DNA of 57,377 bases, filler included, from Catajapyx aquilonaris (Eukaryota): assembly GCA_000934665.2 (NCBI GenBank). It is 2 parts of 2 records of this genome, joined end to end, with 100 filler letters (N's around TTAATTAATTAA, not from the genome) between each part and the next. Parts side by side here need not be neighbours in the genome. Positions count along the whole stretch, not along the records: positions 28,677 to 57,377 come from JYFJ02004898.1; 1 more part is not named here. One strand, given 5' to 3'. The position numbers and the translations under genes are program-made. The notes under the pieces are model-generated. The model was not told the DNA's origin. It saw nothing but the letters and a program-made list of their open reading frames with translations, and made no database searches. Shown here in pieces: positions 28,677 through 40,578 of the stretch (position 1 is its first letter; the number at the start of each line of letters is the position of its first letter).

Positions 28677-30427
28677 ACGAACATGATAGACTTATCGTAT
28701 CGAAGACAAATTCAATAATATTTGATGGTTAGCAACAACAGTCACAATCGAGTCACTCAACTGTTGACGCCTAGGGAGGATACCGTGGAAACTGAATGAA
28801 ATATATAACAAGTTGAATGAATGGAATGTTTATTTAATAATAATGTAATGAAAATAAGGTAAAGCATATATTTATTTAAGCAGTTAGCGTACGTAATTCC
28901 GCATAAAGTGTAGAGATGATATTTACACAAAATAATATTCTAAATCATGTGTGACTATTGTCACACGTGGATTCCAGTTGCACGCATTGCTGCTCATAAT
29001 GAATTATTCACTTATAATTTTATTTCGGGGTTCTATTACGTCCTTGGGTTTTTTGTGTAGGGGATCGGGCACTGCAGCACGTCGGGCCGGACACGTGTTC
29101 AAAATATGAAGGCTGTACTTGCAACGGGTTTTGAGATATGCTTGACAGAAAAACGTCCTCCCAACAACAACAACAACAAGAACAAGGAAAATTTTCATTG
29201 TTGTTTTTGCACGAGGATCTTACTTATAGGGACTATCGTCCCTACAATTATATGGTGCGCTCAACTACACTTTTGCTGCAGTCGCGATGGCATGATGAAG
29301 GATGTCCTCTGTGAAGATTGCTCTACTGCACGATGTACTCCATTTATATTCATCTTCGTCAGTCAGCGAAGCCACTGATCCATGCTGTTATTCTTCCAGG
29401 CGAGTCCTTCAATTCGCCAGATTTCATTAGGAATTCCGTAAGCAGTAAAACTTTCTTGGTATCATCATCATCATTTTTTTTTATCTCTTCGTCATTCTGT
29501 GACCTTTGCGAAAGAAAGGTTCCTTTATTTTCGCATTTCTTATTTACTTTCTGGTGACTTTACATGGATGGGTGCTCAATTTTTTTCAGTACATAATTAT
29601 ATCCCTATCAACTAGATTGAGAAACCTGACGAAGCTTTTCCCAGCATGTATTCTGTAAACTCAACGGAAGCCTAACTTTAAAGGCGGCTTACCAACCATC
29701 GACTCAAGCCCGCCCCCAACTTCTTCGAAGAGTGCATTCAGTTATCGGTTGCCTCAATAAGTGAGACAGGGTGACGTCACAAAAAACACGACCGAAATTC
29801 GTACGCGTCTTGTGACCCGTCAATTCCTGTCTTGGATGCCAGTCCCGCTGGATCTGCGCCATTCTTGACCTGGGGTCAAAGCCGTACCTCGGGGTCGCCC
29901 ATAGCAGGCTGGTACATGTACCACAGCAGAAATGTGTAATTACTTCCCAATCTCCCGTGACACCAGAACATTGAATATTATTTTTTTAAACGCACCCCAT
30001 TAGGAACACCCCAGAAGAAGAAAACTTCCAGGTGACCAGCACCATGGAACATTATCTCTTCCGAATTATAGCCTTAGCTAATTAATGGTTGGATTTTAAT
30101 TGAAGATGGTACATTTATAGACCATGGCAGTACTATGCACTCAATATGCTTATAACCGTTTCTTAAAATAAATAGCGAATTCCAATTCTATAATTCCACT
30201 TCATCTGGCCAACCTTGGCCAACAGCAGGCACCCATTCTAATTGGCTCGCGATAAGTTTAAAGTTCATCCCATTGGCTTGCGTGAGAGTGGGTGGGAGTC
30301 CAATGTCCAATGACAATAGTGTACCATTATTGGTGCCTATTATTATCATTTTTCAAAATGTACTCTCGATGCATTTGCATATTGGGCCATTGAGCAATTA
30401 AATTAGGCAGGTATAATCGATAAAGTT

Positions 30428-30630
30428 AGGGGTGTGGTGGAAAAACATGACAACCCTCATTTTTGTCATTTTTGACCTGAACACCTATCAACTATGTAAA
30501 AGACAGGACAAACAGTTTGGTATAAGTTACTCCTAGTTCCCTTGATTTGTGAAGCGAGTGCAAACTTACTAAATTCGCTCTTTTAAAAAATTACACTTTT
30601 AACGCTTATCTTGCTTTTCTACAACACCCC
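30428..30630. mobile_element. Small TIR element, probably TTAA-targeting (Kolobok-like); related end at about 36440-36527
   Basis: GGGGTGTGGTGGAAAA / TTTTCTACAACACCCC|TTAA; AATTCGCTCT...AAAAATTACAC is shared with about 36470. Confidence 0.5.
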
Positions 30631-31106
30631 TTAAATGCTCGGTTAAATATAATTAGGTCTAATTTAGTTTCTTCTCCGCTCATGCATTTCTCGGTTAAAC
30701 TTTACATATCGAACATAGAGCTTTAAGGTCTGAACTCATAACGACTTGAAACTACGACTTGTGCGTCAAAGTCGTACTTTTGCGTGTGCGTTTCCATGGC
30801 CTTGTTTGCTTGGGAAATAGGGCTGTTTCCATATCGACTTGTGCGTCAAAGTCGAACTTGTGCGTCAAAGTCGAACTTATGCGTGTTCGAATCCATCCCG
30901 CCGCGCCGGATGCGCATGCGTGTGCAGTTCCATCCCCGAGGGCGCATGCGCAGTATGTCGTGCAGCACGATAATCGAAAAGTGCCAACAATCGAATGTCA
31001 ACAATTATTATATTGACCACGTTCCAGTTTCGTACCTCTAGCGGCGCAATCAGGCATCATGTCAAAATGTCGGCGAAATGCGATCATGCGCGGGAGTCTT
31101 GTATTA

Positions 31107-31467
31107 TTGTCTGACCAGAAGTTAGAGAGAGTTGGTGGGTTTTTCCCATCAACCCAAAATCCCCCACCACCACCCCACCCCCTCGAAAATGCCACACTTC
31201 ACGACAATCTTAATCTGCAAAAGGGTTCGGAAAGGTCAGACCGGAATACGATGTTGCCCATCAAGGTGCCTTATTACAATTTCTTATATGTATAATAACC
31301 ACAGATCCACAATTATGGCAACGTCTCCTTTTAAACTGATCTTTCCGAACCCTTTTGCGGATTAATATTGTTGGGAATTGGGGCATTTTCGAGGGGGTGG
31401 GTTGGCGTGGGGGATTTTGGGTTGATGGGGAAAACCCACCAACTCTCTTTAGCTTCTGGTCAGACAA
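31107..31467. mobile_element. Palindromic MITE nested in the Harbinger element
   Basis: About 130-bp inverted arms (TTGTCTGACCAGAAG.../...CTTCTGGTCAGACAA), TA on both flanks. Confidence 0.75.
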
Positions 31468-31794
31468 TACCTGCCCGTTATTGTGGATGGGCTCTGCCTG
31501 TCCGCATCTGGTGGTCTGGGCGTCTGGCCCCGGGGCAGATCATCCTGAGATTTTTTTTTAAAATGTGAGGAGGGACCTGCCTTCCCTTTCCGTGTGTCTG
31601 AAGTCAATCGGCCTCGTGGCAGCCTGCCCCTTGAGTGAATTTTGAGTCGATTGCAACATGCTCTCTATTACCCGCCCATTGTGAATGGGCTCTTCTCTAG
31701 CACGTGTGGTGGTCTGGTTGTGTGGAGGTCTGGATACGGGGCAGACCAGCCCGATATTTTTTGAGGAGTGATGAAGACAAGGGACTACTATTAA

Positions 31795-32940
31795 AGGGAC
31801 ACTCCACTCAAAATACAAGTTGGGCTCTAAAAATCGGGCAAAAAATCCTGACTCCGAGAGTATAAGCAGTTTTTCTGAGAGACGAACGGTACGGCCAGGT
31901 CGAAGGCTGGAAGTGTGTCGTTCGAAAACCGCGCTCAAACGGCTCGGAGCAGGTGGCGACGCCACCCTCTAAGGGTAGGTGAGGGCAGAACTAGAGGGCG
32001 GTAGGCGTGGATTTGAAACGGACCGTGCTCTACCTTTCCACCGAGCCAGGAGATTAGTGGTGATGTCATCTTCGCACGGAAGTGTGACTTTGGCCCACGT
32101 GAGTGGTTGAGGAGTGCAAAGTGAAACCAGATGGGACACCAACATATCTGTTTATAGTCCGCATATCCAAATAACAATGAGCCTGCCTGACAGGCGACAG
32201 AACATGACGCATCTGTCCTCGTCGTCCCCATCGCTCTCATCGACCTCGTCATAATCATCGTTCGAAGTACGGCATGTACGGGTGCCGCCCAAGGAACTCA
32301 TCATCGCCGACATCAGTATGTTGGTCATCCGCACTACCACCAGCAGTGCCTCCAACTGCTACGGTAGGAGGCCATGCGCAGTGGATTGGGGGGCCGCCTG
32401 GTCCCTCCTGGCCATGTCCATCCTGGGCACCCTCCATCGCAGCAGCAGAGCCAAGAGCCGCACTCATTTCCATGACATTCCGTCCCGGAACAGAATCACT
32501 GGGCGGCGCCATCTTAGAATAACCGCGACGCTTTTTTCAGAATAGCAGCTAATATGTGTTAGGGCCCAGATGATGGCTCTATTTCAATGGCTAATTCCCA
32601 TATGAAGCACTATTGGTGTCTGCCAGGCTACACCATTAGTCATTTTGTTGTTAGACAATTAGGTGTAGCCTAGGCGAGAGACTTGTCATTAGCTATTACT
32701 TGTAGCTGCTAGTAGTGCTAGAAAATAGCTACTTATGTGTGGGGATCCGTCTGGCCGCCACGAGGCGTTGGCGTCTCTGCCAGGCGTCTCCACTCGCTGG
32801 CGGGAGACTATTATTTTACGAATCTGACCTCTCGCCCTGGCCTTACCGTTCGTCTCCCAGAAAAATTGCTTATACCCTCGGAATCAGGATTCCTTGCCCG
32901 ATTTTTAGAACACAACTTGTATTTTGAGTGGAGTGTCCCT
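31795..32940. mobile_element. Kolobok-type non-autonomous element nested in the Harbinger element
   Basis: TTAA TSD (31791-31794, 32941-32944), AGGGACACTCCAC.../...GTGGAGTGTCCCT ends, about 115-bp TIRs. Confidence 0.85.
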
Positions 32941-32986
32941 TTAATTGGCTATTGGGTTTTCATTGGATTATTTTTTGAAATGTTTA

Positions 32987-33057
32987 ATGAAACTTTCTTT
33001 GGTAATGACACTACATCTATAATATAGATGTAGTGTCATTACCAAAGCAAGTTTCAT
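32987..33057. repeat. Near-perfect 71-bp palindrome (35-bp arms, 1-nt spacer)
   Basis: ATGAAACTTTCTTTGGTAATGACACTACATCTATA-A-TATAGATGTAGTGTCATTACCAAAGCAAGTTTCAT. Confidence 0.9.
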
Positions 33058-34483
33058 CAATATCATCAATATAGACTCTATATGATTGTAACACTCTTCT
33101 TGTCCATGGAATTTCATCGCTATTACCATGTTCCTTAGGTCACTCGTAAATCACAAAAATGAGCATTATTCCGTTTGTCTGAACTTAATTTTGGACCTCG
33201 GGGCAGTCAAAAAACCATTATTTCTCGAAATAGTTGGGCCATTCTGAATCAAGAGAGCGCAAGAATGTTCCTCGACCATCTCGGATTTCGCAGGAAAAAA
33301 ATCACGGCAGTACAGAACTATGACATAACGCTGCATATCAAGTTTCAGTCATATTGCGAAAGACTACCGTGGTCAGGCGTCAGGGGGCGCGCCCGAGATT
33401 TTGGAAGGAGGTGAAAATGAGGCCTTTTTAGGGGGATTTTTATTCGTTGGTGGAAGTGGTCAAAGAAAGGAAGAAAGGAAGACGAGGAAAACGCAACTTT
33501 GTAATAGGCCTACTGTCGGTTGGATTTTCCGTGAAAGATGATCAGCAGCCTCTTGGGTCAGGCCCCATCCACAATGGGCAGGCAATACGAGACTCCAGTG
33601 GATGATAGCATTTCTTTTCTCTTATTTGACGGCCCGCCAGATTCCGCCTCTATAAAGGCGGGAAACTTGAAATTGGTCAATTGGCAGGGGTGCCAAAAGA
33701 AGGGGGCAGTGGGCGTGGCATGCAGGGGAGACCCACGTGACCACAAACGAGGACTGTGATTGGTTACCGGTCGTGCGTGAGGCATGTGCTTGCGTGTAGG
33801 ATCTACCTTGAATAGATCGAAGACGCATGCACAAGGGGCCAACAGATGCGCGCGCTGAATGTCAACAAGAGCCCACAACGCGTAGCAACGGTGTTGCCTC
33901 GAATTGTTGCATATCGATCGACCTGGGGCAGGCCTGGGGCCCAAACGCATCAGGGTGCCAACAGTTGCGCGCGGTGAATGGCAACCACGGACAACCACGG
34001 TCAACCAATATCAACAAGAGGCCTCAACGCATGCAGAAACGGCGTTCCAACGCACGCAAAAGTACGAATTTCACGCACAAGTCGGACTTTGACGCACAAG
34101 TCGTAGTTTCAAGTCGTTATGAGTTCAGACCTTTATACCATTATTTTGTTTCAGAATTGAGCTCACACTCGTTTCGCTTGTCGCAGACTGTACTCCTATG
34201 CCTGCCAAATGAGTCGGTCAAAACCATGGTCTTAGGTCTAAGGTCTGGGCACTCCCTCTTATCACCTGCCGGGGCGTTTTGCATGAGGTGCCCACTTGAG
34301 AGCACCATAAGACAGCTTTTCACTGCTGTATTATGTGGCGACCCTACCGGACTACGCTGAACTTAGGTAGAGGAGAGCCGCTACATGCGGGCCCAACATG
34401 GCCGCCGGCGACCATGTTGGGTCCCCCAATGTAGCGCTTCCCTTTTGTACCTATAACGCTCAGCGTAGTCCGGTAGGGTCGTC

Positions 34484-35473
34484 CAAGGGGGTAATCACTC
34501 GACTGAAAAGTGTACACTGGAGTACCAAATTCAAGGAGTACCACGGAGTAATAAAGAGTGAGGTGCCTGAGGAGTACCAGGGAGTAGGGGAGACCTGGGC
34601 ACAGTGGACCACTTTTGCACATTTGAATTTTTATATACCTACCTGTTATACCTACACACCCAATATTTTCAGGCATGGTGGAGATACTCCTTGGTAATAT
34701 AAGTCACTACTATATTCACAGGCAGTGCCATCCTTTTGGCTTTAAAAAAATTAGAAGCGACCCCCTGCAAATGGTCCACTGTACCCCGATAGGTGGGGCA
34801 CAGGGGTCCGGAAGTGATTGGGACCCCTAATTCACACAAGAAGTTTATTATCATTGCCTAACATTTTTGTTACAGCTGTTCATTTGGAGGGTGGTTTGTC
34901 AAAATCACAGTTTTGCCCTTTTTCTACCTAATTCACATTTTTTAAATAATTGTCTCACATTTTTTTAACACCTGTTCATTTCGGGACACTGTGTGCATTT
35001 CAGGGCACAGTGGTACATGGACCACTGTGCCCCGCAAACGACTGGACCACTGTGCCCCGGACAGCAGCAACTGACATAATGCTATGATTGTAACTTCGAT
35101 TGCAAGTTAGGCTTACCAAACTTCCGGTAATTCATGGGCAAAGGGCGGAACTATTCCACAAGATTTTTATATCAGGCTCATGCCCAACATCTACGCCTGA
35201 AGTGGCATTTAAACTGTGGGTTAGTAATTTACTTCACTTATCTTCAAATCGATTTCGCTGGATATCTATCGATCGATCGATCGCTAGCCGTTGCCAGCCA
35301 TGTTGGCAGGAGCATGGCAGTGACTTCCTTCACGAGGTACCAGATGAAAAAAATTTGGCAGCCTTTTCGATTTTAAAAATGGAAAGGTCCACTGTGCCCC
35401 GTGGTCCACTGTGCCCCAGTCTCCCCTACCACTCCCAGGTGTACACCGGAGTACCGAAGGGATTACCCCCTTG
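34484..35473. mobile_element. P-element-like MITE
   Basis: CAAGGGGGTAATC / GATTACCCCCTTG TIRs, 8-bp TSD GGGTCGTC; a short relative lies at 49457-49608. Confidence 0.8.
34587..35426. mobile_element. pogo/Tc1-type non-autonomous element nested in the P-like MITE
   Basis: TA|GGGGAGACCTGGGCACAGTGGACCAC ... GTGGTCCACTGTGCCCCAGTCTCCCC|TA, with internal copies of the TIR motif. Confidence 0.8.
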
Positions 35474-35668
35474 GGGTCGTCGCCACATAATCCAGCAGTG
35501 AAAGGTCTCATGGCGCTCTCAAGTGAGCACCTCATGCAAAACGCCCCGGCAGGCGATAAGATAATACTGCAGGGGTATAGTGTCCGTGGGCTGGTATAGA
35601 CTATGGGAGCTGCGCAGTAGATCTAGCCTCTAACGGGAGCGTCCTTTCAATGCGGTTTGAATGATATA

Positions 35669-36190
35669 CAGGGTGTAAATGAATTCGGGGGACAAACTTG
35701 TAGGGGTAATAGAGGGGACCAAGACAAACATATTTGACCTAGGAACCCGTGTCCGGAAACGCCATCTAGAGGAGTTTCATAGACAAGGAACGGGTGCGCT
35801 CAGACGCGTCGCGCGGGAGGCGCTAACGAGCGTACCGTTTAGTTGTTAGGTGGCGCGCGGATTGTACACAACTTTGCAATTCGCCAGAACTATTGGCAAC
35901 AACAAAGTTGTTGTTTATTATCTCTGCGATACCTAGCATGCTGACTTTAGTTGTTAGGTGGCTCTGTTGTTGCCAGGTTATGGCAAATTGCGAAGTTGTG
36001 TACAATCCGCGCGCCACCGAGCAACTAAACGGTCCACGCTCTAACGGACACGCGTCTGAGCTCACCCGTTCCTTGTCTATGAACCCCATCTAGATGGCGT
36101 TTCCGGACACGGGTTCCTAGGTCAAATATGTTTGTCTTGGTCCCCTCTATTACCCCTACAAGTTTGTCCCCCGAATTCATTTACACCCTG
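35669..36190. mobile_element. Long-TIR Tc1/mariner MITE, copy 1
   Basis: TA|CAGGGTGTAAATGAATTC...GAATTCATTTACACCCTG|TA; almost wholly palindromic. Confidence 0.9.
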
Positions 36191-36565
36191 TATATTACGC
36201 ATAGCAGCACAAGCCGTTGGTGACATGATTTTTAAAAATGTACGATTACGTCATGCATGAGTCATTGAGGCGGGAGTAGCGGCGGAAACATTTGTTATAC
36301 CCTGTATCTCTATTAATTACGGGAATAAGTGTTCCAAAAGTTAGGGACAACAAGACAGACAGTCAGGCAATATAATGAAACCCGTGTTACAAGTTCAGGC
36401 AAGAGCTAAGCTCTTGGTTCCGGTAATATAATTATGCTGATTTGTGACAAGAGTGCAAATTTAAATAATTCGCTCTCCTGAAAAATTACACCATTATGGG
36501 TTATCGTGTTTTCCCACCACACCCCTCAAATGAGAAATGAACCATCACATTTGCGTTTATGTATA

Positions 36566-37127
36566 CAGGGTGTAAATGAATTCAATCGACAAACTTGTAG
36601 GGGTAATAGAGGGGACCAAGGCAAGTATTTTTGACTTAGGAACCCGTGTCCAGAAACGCCATCTAAAGGGGGTTCATAGACAAGGAACGGGTGCGCTCAG
36701 ACGCGTCACACGAGAGGCGCTAGGCGAGCGGACTGTTTTGTTGATAGATGGCGCTCGGATACTAAACAAAGGTGAGATGTGCCATAACCTGGCAACAACA
36801 GAGCCATCTAGCAACTAAAGTACGCCTCCCAGGAGACGCGTGGAGAGTAAACAAAGGTTCTGTTGTTGTCATGTTATGGCGTATCACGTCGTTGTTTGCT
36901 TACGACGACGCGATATGCCATAACCTGGCAACAACTGCGCGTCCTCTATCAACAAAACAGTCCGCTTGCCTAGCTCCTCTCGCCTGACGCGTCTGAGCGC
37001 ACCCGTTCCTTGTCTATGAACCCCCTCTAGATGGCGTTTCCGGACACGGGTTCCTATGTCAAAAATACTTGTCTTGGTCTCCTCTATTACCCCTACAAGT
37101 TTGTCGATTGAATTCATTTACACCCTG
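36566..37127. mobile_element. Long-TIR Tc1/mariner MITE, copy 2 (sister subfamily)
   Basis: Same termini and TA TSD; arms about 185 bp. Confidence 0.9.
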
Positions 37128-37998
37128 TATTATACATCAGCAAGGAACGCATACGAAGGGTATTTTTCTACTCTAAGTCCAATCTGCATTATTTTGTATT
37201 TAAAAAGTCACAAAATACTCATATGTTTAGTGACACGTTTCCTTTTCAAAATGAACAACAAACTTTAAAAATTCACGATATTTGCCTCGTTTGATTGGTC
37301 TCTTTCTATGATGTCACGAGCGTACAAAACCGTTTTCATGCACTCGTCACTGGTCTTGGCTCGGCTTGCTGATCGTCATCATTGCTGCCACCACCACCTT
37401 GCCTCTCCAGCCCGTTGTCTGGCAGGTATTCCAAAGGCACAACGGTATTTTCTGGATCCCTGATCCCAATTCCTCGGGCCATTTGTGTTGATATTATCTG
37501 TGTCACTATGTGGCGTTGGAGTGACCGCACCAACACTGTCTGTCTTGTGGCCCTGCCAGGCACGATATTGTTGTAGTTTTTATTCTTAGATGCGAGCATG
37601 GCAAGCTGTTCACAAGCTTGCGAGAAGTCAATTCTCGCACAACCATTTGTCTGATGACTTCTCCCTCACATAAAAAGGTTTATAATTCGCCCTAAGACAC
37701 CGACATTCATGAGAGCTTGTGAACAAACCTCGTATATTATGGGTTTGTATCCGTATACCATTACTGTCCGCAGGCCAAGGATCGTCATTGTGCGGGATTT
37801 GACAATTTGTACCTGTAATCCGGAAAAAGATACATCCCAGAAATACAGATAGAGGTTTCACTGTACTTGAAGTGAATTCTGATCTCTCTCTTGCAGTTCC
37901 CTCTTGAAAGAAGTTCACATTATGGGCTAATAAAATAATGAGTTTCTCTGAGCATTGAGGAGGGTTTAAAAAAGCACTATAGGCCTACTGAAGAATAA

Positions 37999-38628
37999 AG
38001 GTGCATTCACATATCCGCGATCTCGTGCCCAGCGACCGATTCGGTGCCCCGTCGCTGTCGCCGGAGCGTTCACGTATCCACGACGCGGTGCCCCCAGCGA
38101 CGGAGTTCCCGTCCAGCGACCGTTTTGGTGCCCGTCGCCAGGATCTGCTAGATCCAGATACCTGCGACGGCAGACACACGGTCGCTGGCGACAAAAGTCA
38201 CGTGTCTTGTGCCAGGCCTTGCATCATCCTTGCATGGGCCGGCTTGGGCTCTGCAGTTGGGTCATTGGACCGCCATCTTTGATATAGGCTCAATTATTTT
38301 AAAAACTTAAATTATTTTATAATTACAAACGTCCATGGAGTTGGCCTCTGACCATATCAGATGGCCGGTTGCAAATTTGTTTCGGAAATATGCCTTCCAA
38401 GCCTGTACTTTGAGGGATAAGGCCGGAGGCCAGCGGAGGCCAGCGGAGCCGCCATGTTTTTTTTCGGGCATGAGATCGTGGCGACGGCTTACGTGAATGC
38501 TGTCACGACGCTCGGGCCCGAAACAGCACTGGGACAATGCCCCAGCAGCTGGGCGACACCATGCCCGCGACGTCGCTCGGGCACGGGGTCGTGGTCGCAG
38601 TCGCAATCGCGGATATGTGAATGCACCT
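37999..38628. mobile_element. PIF/Harbinger (Tourist-like) MITE; solo related right end at about 39327-39346
   Basis: TAA|AGGTGCATTCACATATCCGCGAT...ATCGCGGATATGTGAATGCACCT|TAA. Confidence 0.85.
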
Positions 38629-40578
38629 TAAGTCCCATGGAAGAGTGTAATGTCATTCTATCAGGATATCTGCTCCCATTTCATTCACGAGCCATCTCCT
38701 TACTCATTAGCTGTAAGTTCACTCTTTAGACGGAACGTGTGGTCCAAACGACGCGATTTAATTTTTATGAGAAACAAGATACAGTATTGTAACGGTAGAC
38801 GTAAAATTTCACACAATTTGCGAATAATTTGTCGGGATATTCTGGTGCATGACATATTGGAGAAACGTAACTATGCGCAATGGGCGATTTTTTTTCTGGA
38901 ATATGACTCTTTAACCATTGGAGTTAAGATCTTCAGGTCATTAAAATTCTGAACCCAAAAATTTGGGCCTCGTTCAGAAAAAAGGGAACATTTATATTTT
39001 TGAACCTTTAAGTCTGTTTCAGAATATTAAAAAAATAAAGAGGTGCACTTTTTAGCCCGGAAATAATAATTAGAAAAAGCAAGTTCGCAAGGAATATTGA
39101 ACCCTGCCATATTATTTAAGGGTGAAAAGTGTAGTAATTTTTCTTCATCAAATAAGTAGAGCATATATTGAGCTCATTATTTTGTAGAAAAGTAGCCTAC
39201 TATCAATGTAGTAGAAAAAAATAGCCAACCTATAAGTTATAATCATAACAGACGAAGAACATGGAGGACATTTATAGATACCGATACCAGAGATAGGGCG
39301 CCAAATCGGTCACTAAGGACTAAATCTCGGATATGTGAATGCACCTTAATTGCGGGCCTTGGGCTTTTGCATTGTCGTTATTGTGACCGTGCTTACCCTA
39401 AGTAGGCTACGTATATATGGGCTGTGTTGGTTTCCAGGATTGACCTGCGTTTCCGAATGCAGCAATTGCGCCCTGGAGGAATTATTTCTTTCCGTACATA
39501 AAGGCAGCTACAGGCTGAGGTTCGAGGAGTTGAGTCTGTGGTGACGACGGACGGTGGCTAGTTCCAATGGCGAGGTGGGGTGGGGGTCCGAATCGAGACG
39601 AAACTTGTTTAAAACAAGGGAAGTTGAATCTGCATGAAAGTAGGAAACGTTGGGTTTTCAACGTCGCCGAGTTCGAATTCGATGTCAAAATTGCCTATGT
39701 AATTTTCAAAGTGGCGGATCCTAGATATCGGATTTTTGGGGGGAAATTTTCATACTAATGTCCGGGGCTTCGCCTGGAGGCCGGATGGAAAAGAGGCAGG
39801 GGTGACCGACCTATGGGTACAGGAGGGTGGGCAAAAGGGAATAGCAGGAGCTGCATATTCTCTACTTGGGGTTTCTGCAATATATTCTACCGGGATTTGG
39901 CAATGTCGATCATCCTAAATGACAGACTGTAATAGTCGGATAATAGGCACAATAGGACCTATTTCAACAAGTAAAATATTACCGGCATGATTGTATTATA
40001 TCATTAATCATGGAAACATTCGGCAGGAGTTCAAGTTCCTTCTTTCTTTGTATAGCTAGTACTTCTGTTTTTCAGAGTGGTTATAGTTCTTAGTTATCAT
40101 ATTAAGACCGGAACAGTGACAGAGTGGATATGTAGAATGGGAGGCGGCGAGCTGCTGACAGTAGTCGCAGTACTGTACAGTACCTTATATAGCCCTGCTC
40201 CGAGATTATCTCACCCATCACCTTACGTATCATTCAAATAAATGAGATGCAGTAGTGACTCTGAGTGCATGGTTTACTTGAGTGCAGTCCCTAAGACCAT
40301 TTAGACATCCGTATAGCGAGTTCCACTACTGGACTAAACGCCCGATACACCTGCCATAATTTCCGAAGTAACCAACAGAGAATATTACTTGGACAGGTCT
40401 TTCACAGGCAGGTGTATATATAGTGTAGCCTACAGTGTAAAAATTTGGTTCAGGAGTTGGGCAGGCGTCTGTAAGTTCTTGGGCAGTGCACTTAAATAAA
40501 CCATGAAATCCAAGCCATTGCTACATTTCCTTGTCTTTTTCCTGCCTTCTCTATCTCTTGTCGATGTGTGATCTAATA

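Larger units (their letters stand above)
30726..34132. mobile_element. PIF/Harbinger-type non-autonomous element containing nested insertions
   Basis: Matching TIR AGGTCTGAACTCATAACGACTTGAAACTACGACTTGTGCGTCAAAGTC at both ends, TTA TSD, subterminal repeats. Confidence 0.85.
34257..35561. mobile_element. Palindromic MITE whose right arm is split by a later insertion
   Basis: Left arm 34257 to about 34362 matches 34458-34483 plus 35474-35561 in reverse complement. Confidence 0.8.

Noticed and set aside
37336..37918. Two minus-strand ORFs as a gene fragment
   Set aside because: No recognisable homology; lies among TE debris.
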